Below, in pieces: positions 35,190 through 44,602 of a stretch of DNA of 64,000 nucleotides. The position numbers were made by a program, and so were the translations under genes. The stretch lies in IMG/VR virus record IMGVR_UViG_3300028454_001154, one strand, 5' to 3'. Position 1 is the first letter of the stretch. Each line of letters begins with the position of its first letter. Source of the DNA: an uncultured virus (IMG/VR IMGVR_UViG_3300028454_001154) (taxonomy: Duplodnaviria > Heunggongvirae > Uroviricota > Caudoviricetes). The notes beneath the pieces were generated by a model. It was not told the origin of the DNA. It searched no databases and worked only from the letters and a program-made list of their open reading frames with translations.

Positions 35190-38100
35190 TTGGATACTGA
35201 ATACTATAATGCTCTGCAGCGGCTTGAAATCCCTCAGGCCACGTTTGACAACATCATATCGGATGAAGGCACCCGGCAACAGATTGTCGAGTGCCTTTAT
35301 CATTGCTTCACTAACGTACCTTCCTTAAAGGAGGTTGCGTCTGTTCTGCTGCAATACACCGCCGCCCATGTCCATATGGATGATGACGACATCGATTGGA
35401 TCACTGTCGAGAACGGCGAGCATGTTCCGCTCAAAAACGGAACGGCGATTGGCGGGCCGCTCAAAGGGGCTGACTTCGGCTATGCCAAAAGCGAAACAGG
35501 CTTTTCTTCTAAAAGCAAAAAAGCAGAATCTGCCTTTACACCAAAACGGTCAGATTATGCATTCGAGCAGAAGGATCAATACGGTGTTGTCAAGGTGTCT
35601 GACTTCGACCCGTATGATCAGCGCGATGCTTGGGAGGAAATCAACCGAGACAAGCTGAAAGAGCTTGTAGATCAGGACAGAGAAGCATCCAAGAAGGAAG
35701 GCCGGGCGCGGACACCTATTACCGCTCTGATTGACCGGGAATGGTATGGTTCCAAAACCGAGAAAGTCACCCCAGACAGCTTCGAGCTGATGGATGACGT
35801 TAAGGCCGACAATGTTTTGGCCGAGAAGATGCCGAGGAACGTGTTCCTTGGCTGGTTCCGCGAGGCTGACAGCAATTACAAGCCGAGGGTCATCGATTCC
35901 ATCATCAGCACACCGGAGACGAGAACAGCAGCCCTCAGCATTATGTATGAGAATTATCGTCAGCTTGTCGACGATACTCTTTCATTCGAGGATTTTCTGA
36001 CGACTCCCGTCAAGATGTATCGTGGCGGTCATGGACAGAAGCACATGAAAGAGGACATCTTTTCCGCCTACTCTTTCAGCAAAAGCACCGCTCAAAAGTT
36101 CGCCGGGAACGATGGAAACGTCTATGAAGCTGAGATCCGGCCAATAGACACTTGGGGCAGTGTTACCACAAATAAGGAATCTGAGATCATGGTCCCGTCG
36201 TGGATCGCTCCGAATGGCAATGTTGATCATGCCGATTCTGCCTATGACGAATGGTTGGAAGACAACCTCGATCAGTTTGCCTCTGACGATGAGGAGAAAG
36301 ACTTTTCCAATTTCCGCATGAAAGATGGAGCCAAAGTCCGATCTGCCATCCGAAAAGAGGATGTCGCTGCTGCGTGGAAATCCTTCAAAGAGACAAGGCA
36401 AGACGCTGATGATGTAGACTGGATCACCGTGGAAAACGGGACACATGTTCCCATCGACAAAAGTGGCAAAGCTGTCGGCGGACCTCTTGAAGGAAAGGAT
36501 TTCAGCAAGGCGCAAAGCCAGAAGAAGGCATTCTCGTCTGTTTCCAAGTCTGACACCTCGAACTTTGGCAAGCCCGGAAAGTATCAGGTTTATCGCTCTG
36601 GCGGTATTTTCGATTCTCCGCTCGGCTATCTTTCCTTTGGCATTGACAGAAATCAATCTGAACCATATGAGAAGGAAAGAGGCAAGCCGATAGAAGCATA
36701 CGATGTTGAAATCAAAAAGCCGTACAGCATGACCGGATCCGATTTCAACGATATGCAGGATGAAATCTGCAAAAAGTATCTCGGCAAGTCTTACTACGAA
36801 GGCGAAAACCTTTCCGAAATGCGCCAAATCATGAGCGAGGCTGCTGAAAAGCTGGAGCAGGAAGGATACGATTCAATTCTTCTCGAACAGAGAAACGCGC
36901 TGTCTGGCGAAAGCAAATATGAAGTTCTTCTCCTGAATAAGTATAAAGACCGTGCGGTTTCCACTTCTGACAAGAGCAATTCTGGTGCTACCGACAACAG
37001 AAAACAGCTTACTCCCAAAGAAAGCGCAAAACAGACTGCTGACCTCAACAAACATCTCCATGAAGCAGTCGATGCCGAGACATCCATGGAGAAAAAGTTC
37101 AATGCCGCCAAGGAGGCTATAAAGAACGCCCCTGTTGGTCAGAGCGTGAAGGTCGGCTTTACTGAATACCGCAAGCTGTTCGACACGGACGACAACCAAG
37201 AGAAATGCTACGCAATCGGAAGCAACGACCATCCTTCGAGATCATTCGACGAAGTCATGCACTTGGTTGGTTATGATGGCTGGGGCGCAGAACCTGAGTT
37301 TGTCGATTTCGTTTCTCAAATGAAAGCAGCTCAGGATAAGGTCAATGAGCTCCGCGATTCTGGCAAGGTTTCTGGATCCGATGAAGTCAAAAAGGCCGAA
37401 GAAGGCTTGATCAATTCCCGCAGTTCCGATTACGGAAAACCCGGAGAATATGCCATATATCGCACTGGCGCTATTCCCCAAAAAGGAATGACGTTTTTTG
37501 CAGCCACCAAAGAGGGCGCGGATTCTTATGCCGGGCTGCATCCTGAAGGAACTACTGTCCAGTATAAAGTCAATCTTTCCAACCCGCTTGTTGTGACGGG
37601 ATCTGCTGACGGTGAATGTCTGAGAAAGGCGTATGAGACACTGCATCCGGGACAAAAGATGGAAGGTGAGCTCAACTCCAAGTCGTGGATGAAAGCTGAT
37701 AAGCAGAATGCAGCAGCCCTTGCCAGCAGCGAATACGACTCCATCATTTACATCGTCAATGGAAAGCCTACTGAGATTCAGATGCGGGCAAATGATGCTG
37801 ACAAAAAGGCGGAGAAGCTCGGCTCCTATACAACGACAGCGTGGTCCAGAAGCGGCAGAAATCTCGAACGTGCCATGTACGATGATATGTTCAAAAAGGA
37901 GCCTGACGATTATGTCAGAGTAGACGGTAGAGAAGATGGCGGCCCCGGATCCGGGAACTTCAATCACAAAGGAAGGCCCGGGGAGCAAGGCGGCTCAGCA
38001 CCCGGCAACGGCTCCAGAGAGGTTGCACACGGTAAGGACATTACCAAAAGCTATAATGGCCCTACCGACATCAAGTCTGTCATCCATGCTCAGGGCTTCG

Positions 38101-39401
38101 ATGGTTTGCCCAAGGTCGTTAAGAAAGCTGAGTTTGATGCTGCCGTCAAGAAAAGCAGTTTCATAGCCCAAAGAACATACTCCGCATCATCTCAGGAGAT
38201 TCTGGATGCATACCGAGATCAGCTGTACAACGGCGAATGGTATGTTGAATGCACTGTCGGTGGCGCCGGATATGGTCAGGGCATGTACTGTGCCGCTGAT
38301 TATGATGGGGAACTCAGCGATGGCATTAGAACTGAGATTCTCCATTACCAACAGCTTTACGACAGGACGGCAACTCATGAAGAAGCCATGGAAACGCTTA
38401 CGGGTTTGCTTCAGACATCCGTAGTTCGTAGGGCAAAGAATGATCTCAATGAGCGGTTCCACAAGTATGTTGATGGCTTTGATTTCCAAAGCGGCAAATG
38501 GAAAGAGGACTTTCGAGAAGAAGCAAAGGCGTTCAAAGACTCTGACCCCACTCTGTATGATAAGCTGTTGGGCTCCCTGCGACAGAAGGAAAGCTGGTAT
38601 GATGATCAGCTTCAGCAGGCGAAGTTTATGAGCGTCTCTGAGATCGCTGGAAAGTATCATATTCCCGTCGAAGTTGATGTTCCCTCATTTACGGAAACGC
38701 TTACGCTTGATCCAAGCGCGAAAATCATCACATATGATGATATCGATGGTATCTATAATGGGCGAATGGCAGAAAGCGAGACCAAGGCCATCCGCGACGG
38801 TGTACTCAAGAAGAGTGTTGAGAGTTTGGATGATAACGAGAAGACGTTTGTCAGGTACAATATTTTGTTCGGAACTGAAGATAGTGTGTCTTGGGATGAA
38901 GTGTACGAAGCGGCCAAGGATATGTCGAAAGAGAAACGGTCAGAGCTTGTCGCACTGTCTCGCAGCATCTATGAACAAGCGAGCAAGGAAATAGATAAAG
39001 CAAAAGATGAGCGTTATGAGACAGCCAGAAAGAACAGGGATAAATACCAAGACATTGGAGCGTTCGCAGCCGCTCTTGGATACGACGCCATCAATGCTGA
39101 GAATCATGGAGCTTCTGGGTCCTATACGGTTGTTCTAAACAGGACGAAAGTTCTGTTCCTTGATGAAAGTGAGCATATGGACAGCAAAGAGGATTCTGTT
39201 ATCACGTTCCAGCTCGGCAAGGATGGTGTTGTTTACGCTATTAAGGATCGAAAGGTTGTCGGCTGGGTCAAAGAGTATTTCTCCCAAAAGGAAGAGGCTG
39301 CCTCCGATCGCAAAGACAATCGCACCGATTCCAAGCGTGTTCTCAGCTATGAAGAGCTTCAGAATGCCTATACCAAGGCGAATAAAGCCGATATTGTATA
39401 G
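35190..39401 (+). CDS. 1403-aa polyvalent protein with four ADP-ribosyltransferase-like domains
   Basis: YRG..SAYSFS..ESE; two related YR.G..F....Y....P..YDSI..E domains; GFDGLP..YGQGMY..GYDAI..VLNR. Repeated linker modules lie between them. Confidence 0.7.
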   Translation: MDTEYYNALQRLEIPQATFDNIISDEGTRQQIVECLYHCFTNVPSLKEVASVLLQYTAAHVHMDDDDIDWITVENGEHVPLKNGTAIGGPLKGADFGYAKSETGFSSKSKKAESAFTPKRSDYAFEQKDQYGVVKVSDFDPYDQRDAWEEINRDKLKELVDQDREASKKEGRARTPITALIDREWYGSKTEKVTPDSFELMDDVKADNVLAEKMPRNVFLGWFREADSNYKPRVIDSIISTPETRTAALSIMYENYRQLVDDTLSFEDFLTTPVKMYRGGHGQKHMKEDIFSAYSFSKSTAQKFAGNDGNVYEAEIRPIDTWGSVTTNKESEIMVPSWIAPNGNVDHADSAYDEWLEDNLDQFASDDEEKDFSNFRMKDGAKVRSAIRKEDVAAAWKSFKETRQDADDVDWITVENGTHVPIDKSGKAVGGPLEGKDFSKAQSQKKAFSSVSKSDTSNFGKPGKYQVYRSGGIFDSPLGYLSFGIDRNQSEPYEKERGKPIEAYDVEIKKPYSMTGSDFNDMQDEICKKYLGKSYYEGENLSEMRQIMSEAAEKLEQEGYDSILLEQRNALSGESKYEVLLLNKYKDRAVSTSDKSNSGATDNRKQLTPKESAKQTADLNKHLHEAVDAETSMEKKFNAAKEAIKNAPVGQSVKVGFTEYRKLFDTDDNQEKCYAIGSNDHPSRSFDEVMHLVGYDGWGAEPEFVDFVSQMKAAQDKVNELRDSGKVSGSDEVKKAEEGLINSRSSDYGKPGEYAIYRTGAIPQKGMTFFAATKEGADSYAGLHPEGTTVQYKVNLSNPLVVTGSADGECLRKAYETLHPGQKMEGELNSKSWMKADKQNAAALASSEYDSIIYIVNGKPTEIQMRANDADKKAEKLGSYTTTAWSRSGRNLERAMYDDMFKKEPDDYVRVDGREDGGPGSGNFNHKGRPGEQGGSAPGNGSREVAHGKDITKSYNGPTDIKSVIHAQGFDGLPKVVKKAEFDAAVKKSSFIAQRTYSASSQEILDAYRDQLYNGEWYVECTVGGAGYGQGMYCAADYDGELSDGIRTEILHYQQLYDRTATHEEAMETLTGLLQTSVVRRAKNDLNERFHKYVDGFDFQSGKWKEDFREEAKAFKDSDPTLYDKLLGSLRQKESWYDDQLQQAKFMSVSEIAGKYHIPVEVDVPSFTETLTLDPSAKIITYDDIDGIYNGRMAESETKAIRDGVLKKSVESLDDNEKTFVRYNILFGTEDSVSWDEVYEAAKDMSKEKRSELVALSRSIYEQASKEIDKAKDERYETARKNRDKYQDIGAFAAALGYDAINAENHGASGSYTVVLNRTKVLFLDESEHMDSKEDSVITFQLGKDGVVYAIKDRKVVGWVKEYFSQKEEAASDRKDNRTDSKRVLSYEELQNAYTKANKADIV

Positions 39402-39464
39402 CAGAGTGTCAAGGATGCTCTGCTTTCTTGATTCCCATTTTGAGCGCAAGGAGGTGTATGCCGC

Positions 39465-40520
39465 TTGCACATAGATATCGAACTGAAGAAGCAATGCGTG
39501 GAAGCCTATGAGCAAGGCATGCCGCCGAAAGAGATTTACAACGAAATCTTCCATAAGCAGCACCCTGCAGGCAGCTATGAATCCTTCAAACGTGCTCTGC
39601 GTTCGTGGAGAAGGAAAGCTTATCCTGACCGAACTACGTTGGAACGAGGAACATATGAAGGCTTTACGGCGCACAATGCCACGGTGCAGGTTAATCAAAA
39701 AGGCGAGATCGTTCAAGCGTGGATTAAGCAGGAACTTGATGATGGGCAATGGGATGCCCTGCTGCAGTCTATTCACGACAATGTAGAGCCGACAAGGATC
39801 GAGCCTAAAACTGGCGATGGCATCGGAATGTTGGAGATCCCGCTGTACGATATGCACCTCCCGCTTTCCGACCATACCAAAAGTATCGAGCAGCTTCTTG
39901 GCATCATTGAACGCCAGAAATGGAAAGAGATCAATATCATCATTGGTCAGGATATGTTCCACAACGATGACATGCGCGGAAGAACGTCATCCGGACGGCC
40001 TATCGAGAAGGTCGATGTTCCACTCGCTTGGCGTATGGCAAAGGAGATCTGGTACAACGTCATCGAGACAGCGCTTGCTCAGTCCGAACGTGTTCGGCTC
40101 CTATACAGCAAAGGAAACCATGACGAGAGCCTCGCATGGGCATTTGTCCAAATGCTCAAAGACCACTTTCCACAGCTTGAAGTGGATGACAGCTTAAAGC
40201 AACGGAAATGCATCTACTGGGAGAACTGCTTCATTGGCATAACACACGGGCATTATGCAAGGAGCAGGAAGACTGATCTTCGCGGGCAGTTCACGATTGA
40301 ATACCCGCAGGAGTTTTCCAAATCCACCGTGCGAGAGATTCACGCAGGGCATCTCCACCATGAAGACGAAGGAGATATCTATGGCGTCATGGTACGCCGC
40401 CTGTCCAGAAACGGTGAAACCGACCAATGGTCAGAAGATGAAGGATTCGTAGGAGCTCACAAGAGATTCATGGTGTTTGAATGGATGCCAGGCTGTCTCA
40501 AGGCTGTTTATTACATATGA
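39465..40520 (+). CDS. Calcineurin-like metallophosphoesterase with N-terminal HTH-like region
   Basis: DMH, QDMFHND, GNHDE, THGH, GHLHH. Confidence 0.82.
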   Translation: MHIDIELKKQCVEAYEQGMPPKEIYNEIFHKQHPAGSYESFKRALRSWRRKAYPDRTTLERGTYEGFTAHNATVQVNQKGEIVQAWIKQELDDGQWDALLQSIHDNVEPTRIEPKTGDGIGMLEIPLYDMHLPLSDHTKSIEQLLGIIERQKWKEINIIIGQDMFHNDDMRGRTSSGRPIEKVDVPLAWRMAKEIWYNVIETALAQSERVRLLYSKGNHDESLAWAFVQMLKDHFPQLEVDDSLKQRKCIYWENCFIGITHGHYARSRKTDLRGQFTIEYPQEFSKSTVREIHAGHLHHEDEGDIYGVMVRRLSRNGETDQWSEDEGFVGAHKRFMVFEWMPGCLKAVYYI

Positions 40521-40581
40521 CCGTGACCGCCGATAGACCATCACAAATCCCGCCAAAGTTTCAGGAAAGGGGGAAACGCCC

Positions 40582-41514
40582 TTGGATAATCAACATCTTC
40601 ATGAGATGACAAAGGAGGCTGCCAAGGGCGCTTTCAAAGGAAAGAAAAGCCTCCCTTGCAAAACGGTCCCGAGATACCCTGCATCAGCCGAACGGGAGTT
40701 CCGCAGGGTTATGAACGCCTATATGAAAATCCTGAACAGCGAACTCAAGAAAGAGCTGCCGTCCATCATGAAAGCCTATAAGGCGGAACTCGGAAATGAT
40801 TCCCGGTTTGACAGCTTCAATGATTTGGAGAAGAAGATCAGAGAGTCGTTTCTGATTATCTCAAAGGCGCTGGAGCAGAAATACTTCCGTTTTGATTTGA
40901 AGCGGAAGTTAGACGCCATTGCCAAGAGGGCCAAAGAAATCACTGCTGATGAGTGGTATAGGACGGTAAAGCAAACGCTCGGAATCGACCTGATGAAGGA
41001 CTACTACAAAGGTTCGTTTTATGAGGAAGGCGTCAAGAACTGGGTAGGGCAGAATGTGCAGAATATTCACACACTGCCCAATCAGGTGCTTGATGATATC
41101 CGGGACACCATCATAGATGGATATCGGAAAGGCATCCACGTTAAAGACCTTCAGAAGGAAATCCAGCACAGGTACAACATATCGAAAGAAACGGCTCAGA
41201 CGATTGCGAGAGACCAGATGTCTACGCTTAATGCGCAGATAACTCAGGAACAGCACAGGTCGGCTGGCGTGACACGGTACAAATGGTCAACGTCAAGAGA
41301 CCAGCGCGTTCGCGATTGCCACAGGGAGCTTGATGGGAAAATCATTTCTTGGGACGATCCTCCCGAAATGTGGTACATGACAAAGTCCAGAGGCAAAGTA
41401 TACACAGGCAGGCGATGCCATCCCGGCGAAGATTATTGCTGCAGATGCGTCGCACTGCCTGTTTTTGATGAAGACACAATAATCCTCCCGATGAATGGGA
41501 CGGACAAGAGGTAA
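40582..41514 (+). CDS. MuF / SPP1 gp7-family minor head protein (short form, no toxin extension)
   Basis: IARDQ...LN, YKWSTSRDQRVRDCH..LDG, HPGEDYCCRCVA.P. Confidence 0.9.
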   Translation: MDNQHLHEMTKEAAKGAFKGKKSLPCKTVPRYPASAEREFRRVMNAYMKILNSELKKELPSIMKAYKAELGNDSRFDSFNDLEKKIRESFLIISKALEQKYFRFDLKRKLDAIAKRAKEITADEWYRTVKQTLGIDLMKDYYKGSFYEEGVKNWVGQNVQNIHTLPNQVLDDIRDTIIDGYRKGIHVKDLQKEIQHRYNISKETAQTIARDQMSTLNAQITQEQHRSAGVTRYKWSTSRDQRVRDCHRELDGKIISWDDPPEMWYMTKSRGKVYTGRRCHPGEDYCCRCVALPVFDEDTIILPMNGTDKR

Positions 41515-41954
41515 TGCCAATGACGACCCCGGAACGCATTGCGCTGGCTGAAATGATTGCAAAGCATGCCCACAAAGGCCAAAAAGACAGTCAAGGCCAA
41601 CCTTATTATCAACACCCGATAGCGATAGCCAAGAGAGTCCGAACAGAGGACGAGAAGATCGTCGCTCTGCTTCATGGCGTACTGGAGCACTCCGATATTC
41701 TGATAACGACAATCAGGAACCTGTTCGGATCAGTTATTGCTGATGCTGTTCGAGCTGCTTCGCGCATGGAGGGAGAGAGCTTCGAAGCCTATTTGCGCAG
41801 GATCAAGAAGAACCCGTTGGCTACCACGGTCAAGCTGACCGATTTTGAATATGCAATAGCTGTCGCTCGTTTGCCGGGCGCCAGCCAAGGAGCTATTCGA
41901 AAGGCTCAGCAATACAAAGATGCAAGAGATTATTTGCTCGGACATAAAGTCTGA
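41514..41954 (+). CDS. Mesh1/SpoT-like HD-domain protein with degenerate active site
   Basis: AHKGQKD..G.PY..HP and VKL.D are present, but ALLHGVLEH replaces ALLHDxxED. Confidence 0.75.
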   Translation: MPMTTPERIALAEMIAKHAHKGQKDSQGQPYYQHPIAIAKRVRTEDEKIVALLHGVLEHSDILITTIRNLFGSVIADAVRAASRMEGESFEAYLRRIKKNPLATTVKLTDFEYAIAVARLPGASQGAIRKAQQYKDARDYLLGHKV

Positions 41955-41980
41955 GATTCTATAGAAATGGAGGCTCCGAT

Positions 41981-44356
41981 TTGTATAACGATTCCTTTCT
42001 GGATACGCTTGCCCATGCATACCGTGACGCAAGAGACAAAAATGAAAGCCTTGCCAAGTACCTGATAGGCGTATTCCATGAAATCGGTGTACTCCACAAC
42101 GATGGTGGTCCGGGCTCCGGGAATCATGGTCATAAGGGTGTACCGGGGCAGGTGGGTGGTTCCGCTCCGTCAGGCTCTGGAAGCGGCCCCAAATTCGTTG
42201 GCAGGTCTAAGAGAGACTTTTTCCCTGCCACATCATATATGGATAGCCCCGTTTTTCAGAAAGCGGTAAAGGCCGCGAAAGAAGCATTGCAAAAGCGTGA
42301 GCAATTGTCCAAACGAATAGAAGAGATCGATACTGAACTCAAGACGGAATCCAAGCCGAAGCCTCGAAAGTATTGGACGGATAAAGACATGATCGATGAT
42401 TTACTCGGTCGTCGGCCCAAGATTCTTACAGAAAGAGGCGAACAACTCCAAAAGGAACGGAAGAAAGTCTTCAATGAAAAGATGGACGCTGATCATCAGT
42501 TCACTGATGAAGGCGAAAAGCTAAATAAGCTAAAAAAAGAAGCCCATCGGCGTGAGATCGAAAGCTTTCACCCAGAACCTTTGGTCCCTGCGCAGAACGA
42601 TGATTACGAGGGCTTCACTCTTGAAGAAACAAGCAACAGCTACGGTGACGAATATCTGCACAATGGGCAAGGCGTTATTTGCGAGATGACTCCAAAGGAA
42701 TACCTTGAGCGATGTGCATATGAGATCTTTGACGACGCGACTATAGAGTCTTGTGTTTCGGCCATTGACGAAGAAATCGCTCGGGGATATGCCAAAAAAA
42801 TGCGCGATGGCACTAAGTTTCATCTTCCATACCTGAATTATAAACAGGGCGGGCAGGAAGGTCGCCACCGTGCTTATGCTGCTTACTTGTGCGGCATTGA
42901 CAAGATTCCTGTTCTTATAATCGGACGCTCAAGACGTCAAGACGGCGGGCCCGGTTCCGGCAATTTCGGCCATGAAGGTCGGCCCGGCGAAGTCGGCGGA
43001 AGCGCTCCTTCTGATGATGCCAGCGATACCCCTACAGCGACGAATCCTCAGGCTATTTCCAAACGCAGGGCCAACGAAACAATAGCCTCCATTCTTGGAA
43101 ATGGCGAATCCTCTGATGACCGAAGGGACAAGCTCAAGAAAATCGTCGATCAGTTGCATCCGGGCAGCAAAGTCCAGATGCCCGACACTTGGGATAATGA
43201 CGATGGAACCCATGTTGTCTATATCAAGGATGATGTCAACGGTGAAAGCCGCTGGTATCAAAAGTACGACGGGCAAAAAATGTACATGAGCGAAGACGAC
43301 CTTGTGTACTACATGCTCAGCGAGTACGACAATTTCAACGGGAATCTCTGCAAAGTGACATCCTCCGCTGAAAGCGAGGCAGAAAAGCGGGCGGCAGTTG
43401 AAGAATGGAACAAGAAATACAATTGGCGATATAATGCTTCGATCTGGCAGGACCATGGAGCGCTGACAGAACAAGCATCTATTCATATGCAGAAGTTCGA
43501 TCTGGATAACTGCGGTTATGGATTTGAACTTACAGGGTCGGACGGGAAGAAGTATATTAAAGACCAATACCTTGGATGGGTTGACAGCGACACATACAAG
43601 AAAGCAGACATGCGCAAGCTGAAGAATCCGACATTTGAAGGAGATTTCTTCGATATAAACCTCGGAATGAATGGTGTTTCTGCAGAATCTTGCGCGAAAG
43701 TACGAGAAGTATATGAAAATCTTCCCGAAAAGCTCAAGACGGCTTATGAAGACCGATTCAGAAATCAATCCTGTTTTGTCCAGAACCCGGAGTATGGCGT
43801 CAGCCATTGCGATGCTTACGGGAATGTTTCCCTGACACCTGATTCGTCCGCTCGAACCGTTTTCCATGAGTATGGGCACAGCATTGACTTCTACAGCGAG
43901 AAGATAAATGAGTTTCCATCTCAGCATCTGGACAGGTTGGGCAACAGCCCTCAGCAATATCGGCAGGATGTAGAGGCTATGGCAAAGGTTGTCGGGCTTT
44001 CCACTGACGGAAACGGAAACCTTACAGAATCGGAAGCCGATCGCACCCAAAAGTATTGGAGCTGGGCAAAGAATCAGGAAAAGAAAATCGCTGGGTTTGA
44101 AAATGTCTCCGATGCCATATCAGCTCTCACACACGCTTCGTGTGGAGAAGCGCTTTACGGAGGCCATGAGTCATCGTACTGGTATAAAGTATCTTCGCGT
44201 GGCGCCGCAAGCATGCGCTCCGCTGAGTTCTGGGCAGAATACTGCCAGATGAAAGCTTTTGGGCAAGAAGAAGCGCTTGACCTTATGAAGCAGATTGCGC
44301 CGAATCTTTACGATGCCTGCGAAAAGACTTATATGGAGGTCATTGAGAATGGCTAA
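41981..44356 (+). CDS. Polyvalent effector: shared leader, ParB/Srx-like domain, zincin metallopeptidase
   Basis: Two DGGPGSGN modules. QEGRHRAYAA, and FHEYGH...EFWAE. Confidence 0.7.
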   Translation: MYNDSFLDTLAHAYRDARDKNESLAKYLIGVFHEIGVLHNDGGPGSGNHGHKGVPGQVGGSAPSGSGSGPKFVGRSKRDFFPATSYMDSPVFQKAVKAAKEALQKREQLSKRIEEIDTELKTESKPKPRKYWTDKDMIDDLLGRRPKILTERGEQLQKERKKVFNEKMDADHQFTDEGEKLNKLKKEAHRREIESFHPEPLVPAQNDDYEGFTLEETSNSYGDEYLHNGQGVICEMTPKEYLERCAYEIFDDATIESCVSAIDEEIARGYAKKMRDGTKFHLPYLNYKQGGQEGRHRAYAAYLCGIDKIPVLIIGRSRRQDGGPGSGNFGHEGRPGEVGGSAPSDDASDTPTATNPQAISKRRANETIASILGNGESSDDRRDKLKKIVDQLHPGSKVQMPDTWDNDDGTHVVYIKDDVNGESRWYQKYDGQKMYMSEDDLVYYMLSEYDNFNGNLCKVTSSAESEAEKRAAVEEWNKKYNWRYNASIWQDHGALTEQASIHMQKFDLDNCGYGFELTGSDGKKYIKDQYLGWVDSDTYKKADMRKLKNPTFEGDFFDINLGMNGVSAESCAKVREVYENLPEKLKTAYEDRFRNQSCFVQNPEYGVSHCDAYGNVSLTPDSSARTVFHEYGHSIDFYSEKINEFPSQHLDRLGNSPQQYRQDVEAMAKVVGLSTDGNGNLTESEADRTQKYWSWAKNQEKKIAGFENVSDAISALTHASCGEALYGGHESSYWYKVSSRGAASMRSAEFWAEYCQMKAFGQEEALDLMKQIAPNLYDACEKTYMEVIENG

Positions 44357-44591
44357 GATCGATACAGGGTACACTCCAACAGATAAAGATAAAGCATTTT
44401 CAAAAGCTGCGTTAGATCGTGGCTGTCCATATCAGGCGAAATACATCCTCATGTTTGGCGTTGATGCTTTGGAACAAAGCCGTCTCATTGAAGGCATCAT
44501 TCCAAAGCATGAGGCGGTCTATAAGAAATGGGTTGAGGAAGGCCATCCGTGGGACTGGTATTTTGACCTTCCAGAAGACACGATTCTATAA
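44349..44591 (+). CDS. Small protein, candidate immunity
   Basis: 80 aa, GGAGG RBS, overlaps the upstream stop. Confidence 0.55.
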   Translation: MAKIDTGYTPTDKDKAFSKAALDRGCPYQAKYILMFGVDALEQSRLIEGIIPKHEAVYKKWVEEGHPWDWYFDLPEDTIL

Positions 44592-44602
44592 GGAGGATAG
44601 CA

